Translations under genes and position numbers: made by a program
Notes under the pieces: generated by a model
Told to the model about the DNA's origin: nothing
The model's input: only the letters and a program-made list of their open reading frames with translations
The model's database searches: none
Shown here: piece by piece, positions 44,081 through 57,183 of the stretch
How the letters are laid out: each line of letters opens with the position of its first letter
How positions within the stretch are numbered: position 1 is the first letter of the stretch
NCBI GenBank assembly: GCA_002269645.1
Contig: NIVC01000269.1
Location: 620,001 to 684,000, forward strand
Length of the DNA: 64,000 nt
Direction: 5' to 3'
From: Macrostomum lignano
Taxonomy: Eukaryota

Positions 44081-46117
44081 AACAATTATCGCGAATTTCA
44101 GGCCTCTGAATTTGTAAATAATGCGTATCGAAGTAATGCCAGACAGTATAGTAACAGCAGAACGCATGCCGAATTCAATAAATTTCACAGAAAACCAAAT
44201 AAAAATTTTGCACCTCGTGTACATACGCCGCTTGCACCTAGTCATGCGTCTGCCAGCCACAGTAGGCCGAATAATAAAGTACAAAGTACAGTAATTCCGA
44301 ATGAGCATTCGAAGAAAGAATTCGAAGAAGATACGGAGAGAAAAGGACGAGAAGCAGTCGTCAATGGAATGCTAAGAAACCGAAAGGTCTACTTCCTGCT
44401 AGACACAGGAGCTGGACATAATTTCCTAAGCAAGAGTACTTGGAAAAAGATGTTCAGAAGTGATGAAATTGAGTTGACTACTCGAAGAGTGACTACGTTT
44501 GACGGATCAAGTGTGCGAATTGAAGGAGAAGTCAGAACGAAAATACGATTCGGAGAGATAGAGATTGAGACAGAGTTCCTGCTGTGCAATCACGAGTGTG
44601 ACGACATACTCGGGATGGAGTTCTTCATGAACTTCTGCGACAGCATCAGCCTTTCCAGAGGAATGCTTGTATTAAAAGAAGGAACCTGCATCCCAATTCA
44701 GTTTACAAAATTACCCGTACGGGTTTGCCGAATCTACAGCCATAACAGCGTGACTATACCAGCGAATAGCGCTCTTCGAATTCCAATTAGAATGACTAAA
44801 GGATCAGAAGCTAACTATGGAACGCCAATGGTCATTGACACCATTGGAGGCCAAGTGACTACGAAGAGAAATTCCTTAGAGATGATTCCTACTCTAGTGA
44901 CCATGAACGATGGAACAGGAGTAGTGGAAATAATCAATCGACAGAATGACGATATCAGACTGACAAGATCTACGCTGATTGGAGTGGCCAAACCCTTGAA
45001 GCCAGGAGGCCTGGCCTACTCTATTAACAGCAAAGGTCAAGCCAGTTCAGATGATGCAATTAGGACAGTGAAGAGTGAAGAGAGTGAGTACAGCTGGATA
45101 AACGAGATCGATTTAGGAGAAGAGCTAACATCAGAACAGAAAGGACTAGTGATCGATTTGCTAAAGAAGAACAAGGAAGCATTTTCGCAGACCAACCAAG
45201 ACATGGGTCTCACCCATCTTGTGACTCATGAAATATCTCTAAAAGATACCACACCGGTCAGGATTCCAACACGCAGAATTCCACCACATCTGCAAAAGCA
45301 AGTAGATGAGCAACTTGACGACATGCTTGCTAAGAACCTGATCCGACCATGCTATAGTACTTATTCAACGCCGCTAGTGATAGTTCCTAAGAAGGATGGA
45401 TCCATAAGAATCGTCAGTGACTTCAGGGTCCTGAACTCGAGAGTGAACTATTACCCATATCCATTGCCGAACATACAAGAGACTTTCGCTCAGTTATCTG
45501 GAAGCAAGTACTTCAGTAGTCTAGATTTAAACTCTGGATACTGGCAGGTACCTATCAAAGAAGAGCACAAATTTATGACAGCCTTTTCCACCCTTACCAG
45601 AGGCCAGTTCGAATATCAGGTCATGGCACAGGGCTTGTCTAACGCTCCTGGTACATTCCAGAGACTCATGAATTTGGTGCTGATGGGAATACAGCACAAA
45701 TTCGCGATGTCGTACATAGATGATATTGTGACATACTCAGAGAAATTCGAAGATCATCTCGGTCATCTGCAAGAAGTATTTCAAAGACTAATCTCAGCAG
45801 GACTAAAATTAAGACCAAAAAAGTGCAACTTGTTTCAGAAAGAGCTAAAGTACTTAGGGCATATCGTAGGAAGAGAAGGGATTAGAACAGACCCAGCTAA
45901 GATCGAAGCGATACAGTCATGGCCTACGCCGAAAGAGGTCAAAGAACTGCGAAGCTTCTTGGGGTTGTGTAACTACTACTGCAGATTTGTAAAGAATTAC
46001 GCAGAGGCAGCAGCATCAGTCAGTACCAAGACCTCGCCGCCTGAACAGATTCAGTGGAATCAGGCCAGAGCCGAAACCTGGTCACTGCTTCTTCTGCAAC
46101 CAGCCAGGACCCATTAG
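44033..46117 (+). CDS. pol: Truncated Gypsy Pol (aspartic protease plus reverse transcriptase)
   Basis: FLLDTGA (protease), YFSSLDLNSGYWQ and SYIDDI (RT), KELRSFLGLCNYY. Similarity ends near 46010, before RNase H. Confidence 0.9.
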   Translation, partial: GKLSSEGRFARPRPSSNNYREFQASEFVNNAYRSNARQYSNSRTHAEFNKFHRKPNKNFAPRVHTPLAPSHASASHSRPNNKVQSTVIPNEHSKKEFEEDTERKGREAVVNGMLRNRKVYFLLDTGAGHNFLSKSTWKKMFRSDEIELTTRRVTTFDGSSVRIEGEVRTKIRFGEIEIETEFLLCNHECDDILGMEFFMNFCDSISLSRGMLVLKEGTCIPIQFTKLPVRVCRIYSHNSVTIPANSALRIPIRMTKGSEANYGTPMVIDTIGGQVTTKRNSLEMIPTLVTMNDGTGVVEIINRQNDDIRLTRSTLIGVAKPLKPGGLAYSINSKGQASSDDAIRTVKSEESEYSWINEIDLGEELTSEQKGLVIDLLKKNKEAFSQTNQDMGLTHLVTHEISLKDTTPVRIPTRRIPPHLQKQVDEQLDDMLAKNLIRPCYSTYSTPLVIVPKKDGSIRIVSDFRVLNSRVNYYPYPLPNIQETFAQLSGSKYFSSLDLNSGYWQVPIKEEHKFMTAFSTLTRGQFEYQVMAQGLSNAPGTFQRLMNLVLMGIQHKFAMSYIDDIVTYSEKFEDHLGHLQEVFQRLISAGLKLRPKKCNLFQKELKYLGHIVGREGIRTDPAKIEAIQSWPTPKEVKELRSFLGLCNYYCRFVKNYAEAAASVSTKTSPPEQIQWNQARAETWSLLLLQPARTH

Positions 46118-46977
46118 GCCTCAGGCAGGACACCAGTGCCGAATCAACTTCAACCGGCACGCCCAGCAGAAGCCACCCTAAGAAGACTCGTACACAGGAG
46201 CGCGAATCTGAAAGCTATTTGTAAATATGTTTCAAATATGCAAAAAATATAAAAACGAATAAAAAAAAAATTCAGAAAACCCAAAAAAATATTTGTTTAA
46301 GAAGTATTTCGTCTGCATACTGCAATGTACTGACCAAGTAAGCCGTCTAAAGGTCGTTAAATAGCTAAAAATTTAGGAGGTAACCCTTAAAAGGGCCGTT
46401 TGACCTTAAAAGGGCCGTTTTACTAAGAAACTTATTTAGGAAAGCCAGGGAACTGCAATTTCGGACTGAAAACATTGAAGGAAGATTATTTTACTCAGAG
46501 AAGTTGACGAGAAGTTGATGCTGAGAGAATTGTGCAGAATTGTGCGAAGAGAATTGTCGAAAAGATTGGATTGCAGAGATTGGCATGACGCACGGACAGC
46601 TACGCATGCTGACCAATTGCGGATTGGCCAAAGGCAGAAAGAAGAGGCCGATGACGCTTTCAGAAGAGCCAAAAAAGGTTCAGAGAGTCAGGCCATGCAG
46701 GAAAGGAAGGGCAGTAAGGCCTAAAGAGCAGATTAATACAGAATTTCTATGATTCTACTGACGAGGCCAAACTGAGATAGCGGAAGGGGATTCGAGATTT
46801 GAGAATTTGTTAAGAGTTGTAGGACCCGTGACAGTAGAGCTGTAGCTGGCATGAGTTCAGCAGAGAAGCTTTCGAGAGGTCAGGGTCGAGTCGAGATATT
46901 GAGTCGAGAAGTTGTTGAGTTGAGATGAGATGGAATGAAGATGAGATTTCGAGGAGAAGCTGTGAGAATTTGCAAAG

Positions 46978-47466
46978 TTGTTCGAAGAGAAACATAGAAA
47001 TAATCTGACTCCAGTACCGAAATCCGAAATTAATTTACCAGAGGAAATTAATAATAATTTAAAACCAGCACCAGTGTCAACTAAGAAGAAGGAACCGCCG
47101 AAGTCGAATAAAAGAATTTGCCATAGACAAAAAGAAGTTAGAATTCCAGAAGTTCAAATTTTAGAGGAGGAAAGCTCAGACGAAGAAAACAGAATTCAAT
47201 GGAGAGTATTCGCAGATCCGAATTCGCAGAGTGAAAACGAAGGAAATGAAGAATTGAACAGTGAGAATACAGAGAGAGCGACTGACTCAGATGAGCCATC
47301 AGAAGAAGAGGAAGGAGCATTAGAGTTAGAGGAGGAACGTGCTAACACAGTAGGAGGCTATAATTTGAGACCCCGAGACAATAGAGTGACTCAGCAAGAG
47401 AGAGAGAGAGAAGGCGCGACAGGATTTGTGCCCCGAAGGCGCTACGCGAAATATTTAGCACCTTAA
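46978..47466 (+). pseudogene. Acidic remnant resembling a Gypsy pol C-terminal tail
   Basis: E-rich segment ending in GGYNLRPR, a motif typical of Gypsy integrase tails. Confidence 0.45.
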
Positions 47467-47866
47467 ATCATGACGTAAGCAATTTCCCATAAGAAACAGT
47501 GTTAAATAGTTAAAATTCCGTATTAGAATTACTTATCTGCTTATAAAATTTGACATGCTGTACATAGAGCGAATCTGTAAATACCATATTAATCTACAAA
47601 ATGCGATCTTTAATTTGATACTTTACTCAAGAAAATCTATCAAAAAATAAAAAAGTTATAAAAAGAAATAGAAAATCCATAAAAATTTAGTTGTCAAATC
47701 TGTCAAATCTGGCATGCCCCGCCCCACGCGCGAGGGGAGTGCTTCGAAGAGGTCCAGTTTTTCGGCCCGCCAGCCTATAAATACGAGCACCCCGCAGGCC
47801 CCACAGATCCCATAGCTCACTGCTAGCTTCCTTTCTATTCTAAGAGCCATTCGCAAAGAAATCAAA

Positions 47867-48751
47867 ATGAACAACTCTATTGATATCTTGGACGAGTTAA
47901 TTGGCAATCTGTCAGACGATATGGAGCCCCAGCCAGCGCCCAACACCGATGAAAATGAGGCACCGCTTCGATGTGCAACACGTCCAAAGGCGCCTGGTGT
48001 ATCCAGCAAACGGCCAAGAACATCATCGCCAGCTTCATCGCCTTGCCGCCAAATGAGGGTCGAAGGCCCCGAGCAGAAGCGCGCCGCCCTGGTGGCAGCA
48101 CAGGCAGCTGCGCCCGAGCGCTCCTATGTTGTCAAGGCCACGCCAGGATCGTCGACATCAAGCCGAACGCAGCAGTTGGTGTCACCGCCAGCTGCCCCAT
48201 CATCGAGAAAGACCCCGGCACCACGGCAGAAGAAATCGACAGCTGCGACACCGCCAGCTCAGCAGCCAGCGTCGCAGCCGAGCCTGCAATCAGCGCAGCA
48301 GTCAGCGCTGCAGCCGAGCCTGCAATCAGCGCAGCAGTCTAGCCAGCCATCAGCACTACAGCCGAGCCAGCAGCAATCGAATTCGCAGAGAGATTTTCAT
48401 CGCATCGTCCGAGAACTTGTGGAGACTCGCGGAGCAGAGGTGGAAAAGCTACGCTTCCACATTGAGCAATACGCACTGAAAGTAGCGTACCACCGATCCG
48501 ACAGCCGACAGCGCTACCCCCAATGCTCGCAAATTTGGACACACCTGAAGTTTCTGAGGGATCAATTCAGTTACCAGGAAGCTGTCGCTGTTCTCCAGGA
48601 CGTCGCCTATCGCCTCCAGCGAGCTATAAGAGCCAACCCGCCGCCAGCGCTGACGGTCCTCGACGAAGAGTACCGATGGTTTTTTCGCTCAAGTCGGCTG
48701 GCCCTACTATCGCGACCTCCCGGAGCCCTGCATGTTTATCTGAACTATTGA
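47867..48751 (+). CDS. Extra 294-aa ORF of unknown function in the 3' internal region of the Gypsy element
   Basis: ATG-initiated and intact, with a disordered S/P/Q-rich N-half and a helical-looking C-half. TATAAATA at about 47775 and a GC box lie upstream. Confidence 0.6.
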   Translation: MNNSIDILDELIGNLSDDMEPQPAPNTDENEAPLRCATRPKAPGVSSKRPRTSSPASSPCRQMRVEGPEQKRAALVAAQAAAPERSYVVKATPGSSTSSRTQQLVSPPAAPSSRKTPAPRQKKSTAATPPAQQPASQPSLQSAQQSALQPSLQSAQQSSQPSALQPSQQQSNSQRDFHRIVRELVETRGAEVEKLRFHIEQYALKVAYHRSDSRQRYPQCSQIWTHLKFLRDQFSYQEAVAVLQDVAYRLQRAIRANPPPALTVLDEEYRWFFRSSRLALLSRPPGALHVYLNY

Positions 48752-50030
48752 GGTGAACTAACTTTTGCGTTGCCTTTAATAACAATTTTGCCTTTTATAA
48801 TACTTTTATAATAGTTCGTTTTGCTTCCATAATAGTTCTCACTTTAATGGTTTACCTACATAATAGTTCTATCACAACCATTTTATGCACCAATTGTTTT
48901 AGCACTGAATTGTGTTTTCTGCACCTTGCTTTGCACCTTTTCACCTGCATTTTCCTACGATATCAATTTTTCACTGTATACATATAATATAGTATTTCGT
49001 TCAAAATTTGATATATAGAGGAGGAAAGTTGTACTAGTGCTATGCCTTTATCATAGTATACTCGAATGTTCTTTCAATGTAATAACTGTATATTCGAATC
49101 TTTCTTAGAAACTGAATCTACGCGAACGCCAAATAATAGTTTGTTTTAATGCGCGAAATAAATTGGAGAATTATTTTTTGTTTTAATCGTATGTGGGGAA
49201 AATCACTATATATAGGAGCGATTTTATAGCAAATAAACCAACTGTCTTTTACTCGTGAGCAAATAATTGCGAACAGAATAAGCAGTTCAATCTAAACCAT
49301 TTCAAAGTCTTTGAGCTAAATAGCGACTTATTTATTTGCAAAACCTGTGAAACGATTCTAAGAAATTTGCTAAGAGAAGGGAATTGGGACTAATTCTTGG
49401 AGATATACCAAGAGAGGCGCCGTGACCCTCTAGTCTCGGTGAACGCCCGATTAGGACTATACACTAATACATATACCAGTACTAGACCGCTCAGGCCATA
49501 AGCTACTAGAACGCTACCAGAAAGCAAGCCATAAGCTACCAGAAACGCTACTAAGAACGCTACCAGAAACGCTACTAAGAACGCTACCCAGAAATATTTA
49601 AATGAAATTCTAAGAAATAGTTAGGGAGTAAAAGCAAGTATAATCAGGATAACTGTAGTTGGCAAATCGGTGGGATTAAAATTGATAAAGTAAGAGGTGA
49701 AAGGCCTGTAACAACTTTGGTGGCAGCTCGTAGGATATTTAATAAACACTAATAGTTAGAAGTTTAGAAAGACAGAGCCAAAAAGGCCTGTCACAGCTGG
49801 TGGCAGCGGTGGGATTATTTCAGTGAGAGCGCCCACCCCTACGACAACTTGGTGGCAATAGTGGGATATTATTAAGAAGGAAGTAAGCACTGTCACATGC
49901 AAGCATATTCCAGTTTTTAGAACAAAATTATAATATTTCTGAGATTACAATACAATTAACAAGTGAAAGTAAGTACCAACCAACAATTAACAACATCTAG
50001 CTTAAAATTTAGCTTTAGTATAACTATAGA

Positions 50031-50372
50031 CAGGGGCAAATTTAGGAAAGGGGGCAGGGGGCAGCAGCAACTATCTCCTCACATTAAAAATAGCTTGACA
50101 AAACATATCCCCCTTCTAAAAAAACCTAAGTTTATGCCTCCCTAAAATTGATATTTTGTCCCTCTCCTAAAAACCTTCTTTATGCCCCTAAGCTTGACTT
50201 TTTGCCTCCTATACATATTTATTTTTTGTACCCCTAAGGCCTAAGCCTGATTTTTTGCCCCTTATATTCATTTTATGCCCCTTAGCTTAAAAATTGGTAC
50301 CCTTTATACTTATGTTGGCACTATAAACTTGAACTGCCTCTCCCCCAAATGAAACTCTAGATCCACCACTTG
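50031..50372. mobile_element. Degenerate hAT-like MITE
   Basis: Ends CAGGGGCAAATTTAGG and CTAGATCCACCACTTG look like decayed CAGGGGCGGATCTAG-type TIRs, and internal TTTT[G/A]CCCC motifs are present. Confidence 0.4.
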
Positions 50373-51909
50373 CTATAGGCTAGGCCTATACTACATATAG
50401 TCTATAGACGTCTATACTCCCAGTACCAGAACCAGTACCAGAACCAGTACCAAAAAATAAAATACAAAATACAAGTAAAAAAACGAAAAATAACCAAGAA
50501 AATTGTCTAAAATAGTAAAAAAATCAACTCCAGTAATTATTACAAGCGTTACCACAGCACAGCGTTCAACATATTTCGTTTCAGCGAATTACATTACAGC
50601 AACTTAAAATGCCTATTGAAATGCCTATTTGAAAACTAAAAGTAAAACACCGAAATTAAACATTCTAGCTAATCAAACCTTGAAACAAATATAAATAAAA
50701 CTTAAAAACATATCAACAATTGTTGGTAATGCCATCGATACAATATAAATATACCAAAAAACTGTACATGTAATATGTTCATTTAATGTAAATTTTAACA
50801 CAAAAATTACTTTAGTGTTCTTCGGCAGGAACCATTGTGAGTACGAAGCTGAAAACTCAGATCTGGAAGGAAAAATTATCAATCTAGAAGCCTACAAGAC
50901 GCCAAGGCTCCATCTGTTCCCTACTCGAACTTACAGACTCCCAAGTCCCCCCCCCCGCTTAGTACATTAATATGCAGAAAGTGACTTTATAGTGTACTTC
51001 GGCAGGAACCATTGTGAGTACGAAGCTGAAAACTGAGATCTGGAAGGAAACATAATCAATCTAGAAGCCTACAAGACGCCAAGGCTCCATCTGTTCGAAC
51101 TTACAGACTCTTGAATGCCCCCGCTCAGTCCATTATCCCCTCTCAGACGGCAGGGCGCTGTGTGTTGCTTCTGTTGCGGCACTGCCATTTGCGACTTCAA
51201 TTGTTAATGCTTGAAATTACTTGTTGTACTAATAGATAATAGGTCTTTGTACGAAGCTGTCGCTTTTGTTTATTTTGTTTGATGTGCCTTTTGTCAGACG
51301 TTTTCTGTGTTTTTTATTGTAATACTTTTATCTTTCGTCTGATGCTGTCAATGTGCTCTGTGCCGTCTTCTGTCTGTTTTTATTCCCTCTTAGTCCCTGC
51401 TCGCCGCATTAAACCTCGTCTGTAAGCCCCCAATTCTTATGTGTTTAGTCTCATGGTATGAAAGAGCTTTACGCTTAGATCTGCCCGATTGAATGGATCG
51501 TCCAATAAGGATGCTTCTGCTTAATTCCATGGACGACGATTCCCCGTTGCTCACTCCATATATGCAGCTGCTTTCATTGTTGTCCAACTTAAACTCGCCA
51601 TCATAGCTTTCTGTCTTGTCTCTTCATTCGCATTTGCCTACTGGCTGCTCTTGTGTTGCTTTGTGACGGAACACACAATCGGCGCATATCGTTTCTGGAT
51701 TTGTCCAAAAATTTGTTTCAAGAGTACAGTGACGGAAGTCTTAGAAAGTCCTTTCGCTGCCCATATGGTGCTTGCGGGCAAATACTTGGAAAAATCTCAG
51801 CAAAAATAGTTTAGAAAATCGTCGAATTGTATGGCTATTCTACCAAAGGAAGATCGTTGGAGGTAAGTCAACTATCCCGACTAAATCTAGTTACAAATTT
51901 TCTATTCCA

Positions 51910-52825
51910 AATGATAGGAGGAAAGCTTCTTTTGTTGCTGGTAAGAGTGCTGCTGGTGCTGCTGGTAGGAGTGCTGCAGGTGCTGCTGGTGTTGCAGGGA
52001 GGAGTGCTGCCGGTGTTGCTGGGAGGAGTGCTGCTTCTGTTGCTGGGAGGAGTGCTGCTTCTGTTGCTGCGAGGAGTGCTGCTGGTGTTGTTGTTGTTGT
52101 TGGTTGTTGTTGTTGGCGTTGCCGTACCACAGCCCTACTCTCTCTTCAGTCTAACCCGTTCTCGGAACTCGTTCCAAAGGGCCCGGTGCTGGTGTTGCTG
52201 GGAGGAGTGCTGCTTCTGTTGCTGGGAGGAGTGCTGCTTCTGTTGCTGCGAGGAGTGCTGCTGGTGCTGCTGGTGTTGCTGGTGTTGCTTTGAGGGGTGC
52301 TGCTGGTGTTGCTTTGAGGGGTGCTGCTGGTGTTGCTTTGAGGGGTGCTGCTTCTGTTGCTGGGAGGAGTGCTGCTGGTGTTGCTGCGAGGGGTGCTGCT
52401 TCTGTTACTGCGAGGAGTGCTGCTGGTGCTGCTGGTGTTGCTGGTGTTGCCTGTGTTGCTGGGAGGAGTGCTGTCGGTGCTGCTGGTGCTGCTAGGAGGG
52501 CTGGTGCTGGGAGTGATGATGTTGGGAGTGATGATGCTGGGAGTGATGATGTTGGGAGTGATGATGCTGGGAGTGATGATGCTGGGAGTGATGATGTTGG
52601 GAGTGATGATGCTGGGAGTGATGCTGCTGGGAGTGATGATGTTGGGAGTGATGCTGTTGGGAGTGATGATGTTGGGAGTGATGCTGCTGGGAGTGATGAT
52701 GCTGGGAGTGATGCTGCTGGGAGTGATGATGTTGGGAGTGATGCTGCTGGGAGTGATGATGCTGGGAGTGATGATGTTGGGAGTGATGCTGGTCGGAGTG
52801 ATGATGCGGAGAGCAGTGATGCTGT
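51910..52825. repeat. GC-rich low-complexity repeats (GGAGGAGTGCTGCT... units and 15-bp GGGAGTGATGATGCT units encoding GSDDA/GSDDV)
   Basis: Directly visible. The 15-bp array is in frame with the downstream transposase. Confidence 0.9.
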
Positions 52826-55563
52826 GAAGCAATTTCATAATTCGAATTTTATTATTAAGTTGTCTTTTGATAGGTGGCAAAAAAATATGAAAATTAGGCA
52901 GAGTCAGAAGAATCATGCTGCACTCACGCGGAGTGCAGCATCATGGTGGCTGGATACGTTGAGGGAAAACTATCGAAGCTATTGCTCTGCTAGTGAACAG
53001 GGAAGTAATTGTGTGTTGAAATTCAAAATATTTTTTAAAACAAGTCGCTTTTTGTCAGCACGCTGGTTGCGAGATCGTTCACGATTTCAGAATTTCCAAC
53101 GTACTCACCTCAAATCAGCCAGTGCAGAGGTAGTGGTACATAGCAGGGGCAGAAAATGTCACCAAAAAGCAACGATTTCGAGAATGACCCCTGCGGAGGC
53201 GCAAAAGATAACGAAGCTGCTTGAAGCCGATGCACCAACAGAGGTTCACGATAGGCTTCTTTCCGAAATGTCTAAGAGAGACAGAGACGAGTACAACTTC
53301 TCAAGAGCAAAGAATTTAGATGCCATTCGGCGCGTCAATGCAAAGCGTATTGTTTCTGCTGAAGATCGTCTCCACAATAATGTTGAAGTCGAACCCTCTG
53401 TGCAGCAGCAAATTTTGCACGATACAGATGTGGAGAGTAAGTACGTGCTAGGCTACATTCAAGCCACATCACGTCACCCTTATCACCTTCATTTGTATCT
53501 GGAAAAGCAACTTGAATTAATAGTCAACAGGACTCAGTGTGTATTGCATCTTGACGCGACTGGCGGCATTTTCAAAAAGATCCAGCGCCTAGGCAAAAAG
53601 ATGATGCTGTACTCCCTAGTACTTCCCTCCGCCAACCAGGAAACACGCAGTGTACCAGTGGCTGAGATGGTTACAAGCGATCATAAAACAAAATCAATTC
53701 AACATTTCCTATTCTCTGTGCGAGCTGATTTAGGAGCACTCGCTTCCGGCACACTGATGTCATACGAGTTTATGTCGGCTGTAATTGTCACCGAATTTTC
53801 ATGGGCGATGTTGCATTCAGTTTGTCGGTAATTTGGAAACAGCTTAGAGGAATACCTGGTCGATTCATCCGAGGCAGTTCACAGTGGGAGGTCCATATCG
53901 TACACGATTCCGTTTATTTGCACTAATCATGCAATTCATGCATTTGCCCGAGGCATCAAAGCAAAAGGAACTGTCGACAAAGCCGTTCGAGAACTTTTTA
54001 TAAATTCATTCGTTCTGCTTATTCACCAGGAAACTTTTGAGGCGTTTGAGTTCACATTGAATATCGTAACAGAAACATTCCTAGGGCAGCGCCATCCTCG
54101 GGACTTAATAAATCAAATCAATCAATGGGAAACGACTCACACCACAACCGATGAAAACATTTTGCTAGACATTAACGAAAAAGTAAAAAACCCTAAACCT
54201 TATGACGATAAATCACATGCTATTCGAATTAAATCGCTCCGAGAAAACTCGCCATTCTTTAGCCTGTTTCTGGCAAGGCAGAAAATAATTGACAGCACTG
54301 AGCCTTCTAACACTTCTAAAATATTATTCTCCGCAGCTGCTGATTTACCTTCTAAAAAACTGGTGCAGCCTGGCGCCTCTCTTTTGTCATTTTATAGCTG
54401 CTCTAAAAAGATTTGAGAAGAAAAAGAGCTGGTTTTCAAATTCATACGTTGAATCATACTTTGCCGACGTGAAATCACGCATATCAAAGAGAGGAAAGAG
54501 AGTGCGCACGACATGTTTTGTTGAAATGCAGTTGAAGTACTTGAAAGCTCGCATATCTGCATTCAATATATTTAACAAGTGTGGAAAAGCTACATTGTCA
54601 GGACGAAAGAGAAAGCGTGAGGACATTTCATCATGCTAGGAGGAGTGGAAAAAACGTGAATAAAATACGCGCTCGAAATATAAACGGCAGAAAACAAGTC
54701 AAAGAGCCCACCGTACCAACCCAATGACATCTGGTCCATCAGGCACGCACGACCAAGAGCACTCAGAGGTTTGGTACACTCGGGCGGGAGACTTCCTGAG
54801 CAGGTACGACAAAGATTCTTTAGCACCAGGGCAGTGGCTGTCCATCGGCATCGTGAATGCTTTTATCCATCTTCTCTGCGTTAGCAACCCGGATCGTGAA
54901 GTTGGTCACTTGCCGTCCAGTTTCTTCAACTGCATCCGAAACGTAGATTCGAATGATGCACTGAGGATGCTACAGAACTCTGTTTCAACCGGTTGCAAGC
55001 GCCTACTGAGTCCCATTTTAGAAAACGACCACTTTCACTTAGTCTATATTGATTTGAGCACAAAGCAACTTGCAGTCTTAGACACAAGGCCAATTAGGAA
55101 CAGCAACATAACAAATCGATACATTGAGCTTTGGCACAGGTTCATCAACACGGCCCAAGTAAAGATGTGCGTTCCGAGTGTTCAAGGAAAATATAGGAAT
55201 AAATCGATGCTAAGATCCATTCAAGCAGATGGCTACAACTGTGGAGTCTTTGTGTGCTTGTACGCAAAAGTATTGATCACATCTAACGATAATGAATTCA
55301 GGTCTTTGTGCTTTCCAACTTCGAGGCAATTTTTTAACAAAGCAAGAACCCATATTTGGGAATATTTAGAAGGCACAGCCTATTCGAATAATGGAAACGC
55401 AAACTCGTGCATACTCTGCAACGAAGCAGAAGCTAGAGAGAGTGGTACATGGCTACAATGCGACCTCTGTGACTCATGGATACACATTGAATGCGCCTCT
55501 CCAGAGATGCTCCAGCGCCACAGCGCTCATGGCTATGTGTGCTGCTGCGTGCCATACAACTAA
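52290..55563 (+). pseudogene. NOF-FB/MULE-like transposase fused to a Ulp1-like cysteine protease and a PHD finger; disrupted
   Basis: LHLDATGG, VPVAEMVTSDH, IVTEFSWA and ICTNH (transposase core); WLS..IVNAF, HFHLVYID and QADGYNCGVFVC (Ulp1-like H/D/Q/C); CILC...WLQCDLCDSWIHIEC (PHD). Stops occur at 53829, 54637 and 54661, with a frameshift near 54350. Confidence 0.7.
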
Positions 55564-55602
55564 AGTTTTTCTTTGACTTTCACCGGCTTTGTGCGAACAC
55601 AT

Positions 55603-56140
55603 TGTTGTAAATACTCGTCTGCGTATTTGGCATATACTATCTGAAATTGTAAATACTCGTCTGCGTATTTTGCATATACTATCTGAAATTGTAAATACTC
55701 GTCTGCGTATTTGGCATACACTATCTGAAATTGTAAATACTCGTCTGCGTATTTTGCATATACTATCTGAAATTGTAAATACTCGTCTGCGTATTTGGCA
55801 TATACTATCTGAAATTGTAAATACTCGTCTGCGTATTTGGCATACACTATCTGAAATTGTAAATACTCGTCTGCGTATTTGGCATATACTATCTGAAATT
55901 GTAAATACTCGTCTGCGTATTTTGCATATACTATCTGAAATGGTAAATACTCGTCTGCGTATTTTGCATATACTATCTGAAATTGTAAATACTCGTCTGC
56001 GTATTTGGCATATACTATCTGAAATTGTATATACTCGTCTGCGTATTTGGCATATACTATCTGAAATGGTAAATACTCGTCTGCGTATTTTGCATATACT
56101 ATCTGAAATTGTAAATACTCGTCTGCGTATTTTGCATATA
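55603..56140. repeat. 42-bp minisatellite (TGTAAATACTCGTCTGCGTATTTGGCATATACTATCTGAAAT), about 13 copies
   Basis: Directly visible, starting just after the PHD stop codon. Confidence 0.95.
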
Positions 56141-57183
56141 GCGTCCTTTAAAAAATCATAGTTGCGTCATGTAAAAATCATAGAAGCGTCATGCAAACAA
56201 TAATAGAAGCGTCATGGTAAAATCATAGAAGCGTCATGCAAACAATCATAGAAGCCTCATATAAAAACTAATGAAAGTGTCATTTAAAAAATTAAGAAGA
56301 ATAATGGAAGAATAAAAGAAGCGTCATGTAAAAATCAAAAGAAGCGCCATGTCAGACATGAAAGGTGTCATATAAAAATTAAATGAAGCTATAGTACAGT
56401 GCTGTGCTGGGGAGAATTACTGAGACGTCAAGGCTCACAGAGAATAACTGAGATTACAGGTGGGGGGGGGGGTTTCTGAGATGTCAAAGCAAAAGTCAGA
56501 AGCTACTTCAAAGTTCATGTACTTTACTCAATTTTTATTACATTCATTGTTGGCTCGCCACAGGGGGGCGCTGATAGAAGCAGAGTCATGTAAAAAATAA
56601 AAGTAGCACTATGTATACATATAAGAAAAGTCATGTCGAAGTTAAAAGATTCATTTGGGAATTGCTACAATGTCAAAGCTTGGTGGAAATCGTTATAGTG
56701 CTGTGATTCTTAAAGAAGGAAACACTAAAATGCCAAGGCTTAGGGGAGAAGAATTGCTGAGATTTCAAGGCTTTAGGTTGGGTTAAAGTTAGGTTTAGGT
56801 CAGGTGTGGGTTGAGGGTTATATTTTATCGGGTTTCAAGGTTAACAGGGGATTTTTTTAGATTTCAAGATTTATGGGGGGCATCGCTGACATGTCAAGGC
56901 TTACGGGGGGAATAGCTGAGATGTCAAGGCTCACGGGGGTATAAATGAGATTTCAAGGCTAAAGTCAGAAGCTACATGTAGTTTAATGAAAACTTTTTAT
57001 TACATTTTTTGTTGGCTCCTCAGGGCTCACTGATAGAAAAAGCATAATGTAAAAAATAAAAGAAGCTTCATGTCGAATTTAAGAGATTCATTTGGGAATC
57101 CCTACGATGTCGAGGCTTGCAGGGAATCGCTATAACGCTGTAGTAGTGCTATAATGACTCAGAATTACTGAAATTTCAATGCT

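Larger units (their letters stand above)
42084..49897 (+). mobile_element. Ty3/Gypsy LTR retrotransposon, internally deleted (no RNase H or integrase core)
   Basis: 868-bp LTRs at 42084-42951 and 49030-49897 (TG...CA; no differences seen by eye), TSD TGCA (42080-42083 and 49898-49901), PBS at 42954 and PPT at about 49017-49028. Confidence 0.95.

Noticed and set aside
51827-52916. Cys-rich, Leu/Val-rich and ITPS-repeat ORFs
   Set aside because: These are alternative frames of low-complexity repeats; only the GSDD frame connects to the transposase.
55560-56161. ORFs through the 42-bp repeat (YAKYADEYLQFQIV / IVNTRLRIWHILSE)
   Set aside because: They are confined to the tandem array downstream of the PHD stop codon, with no unique coding flanks.
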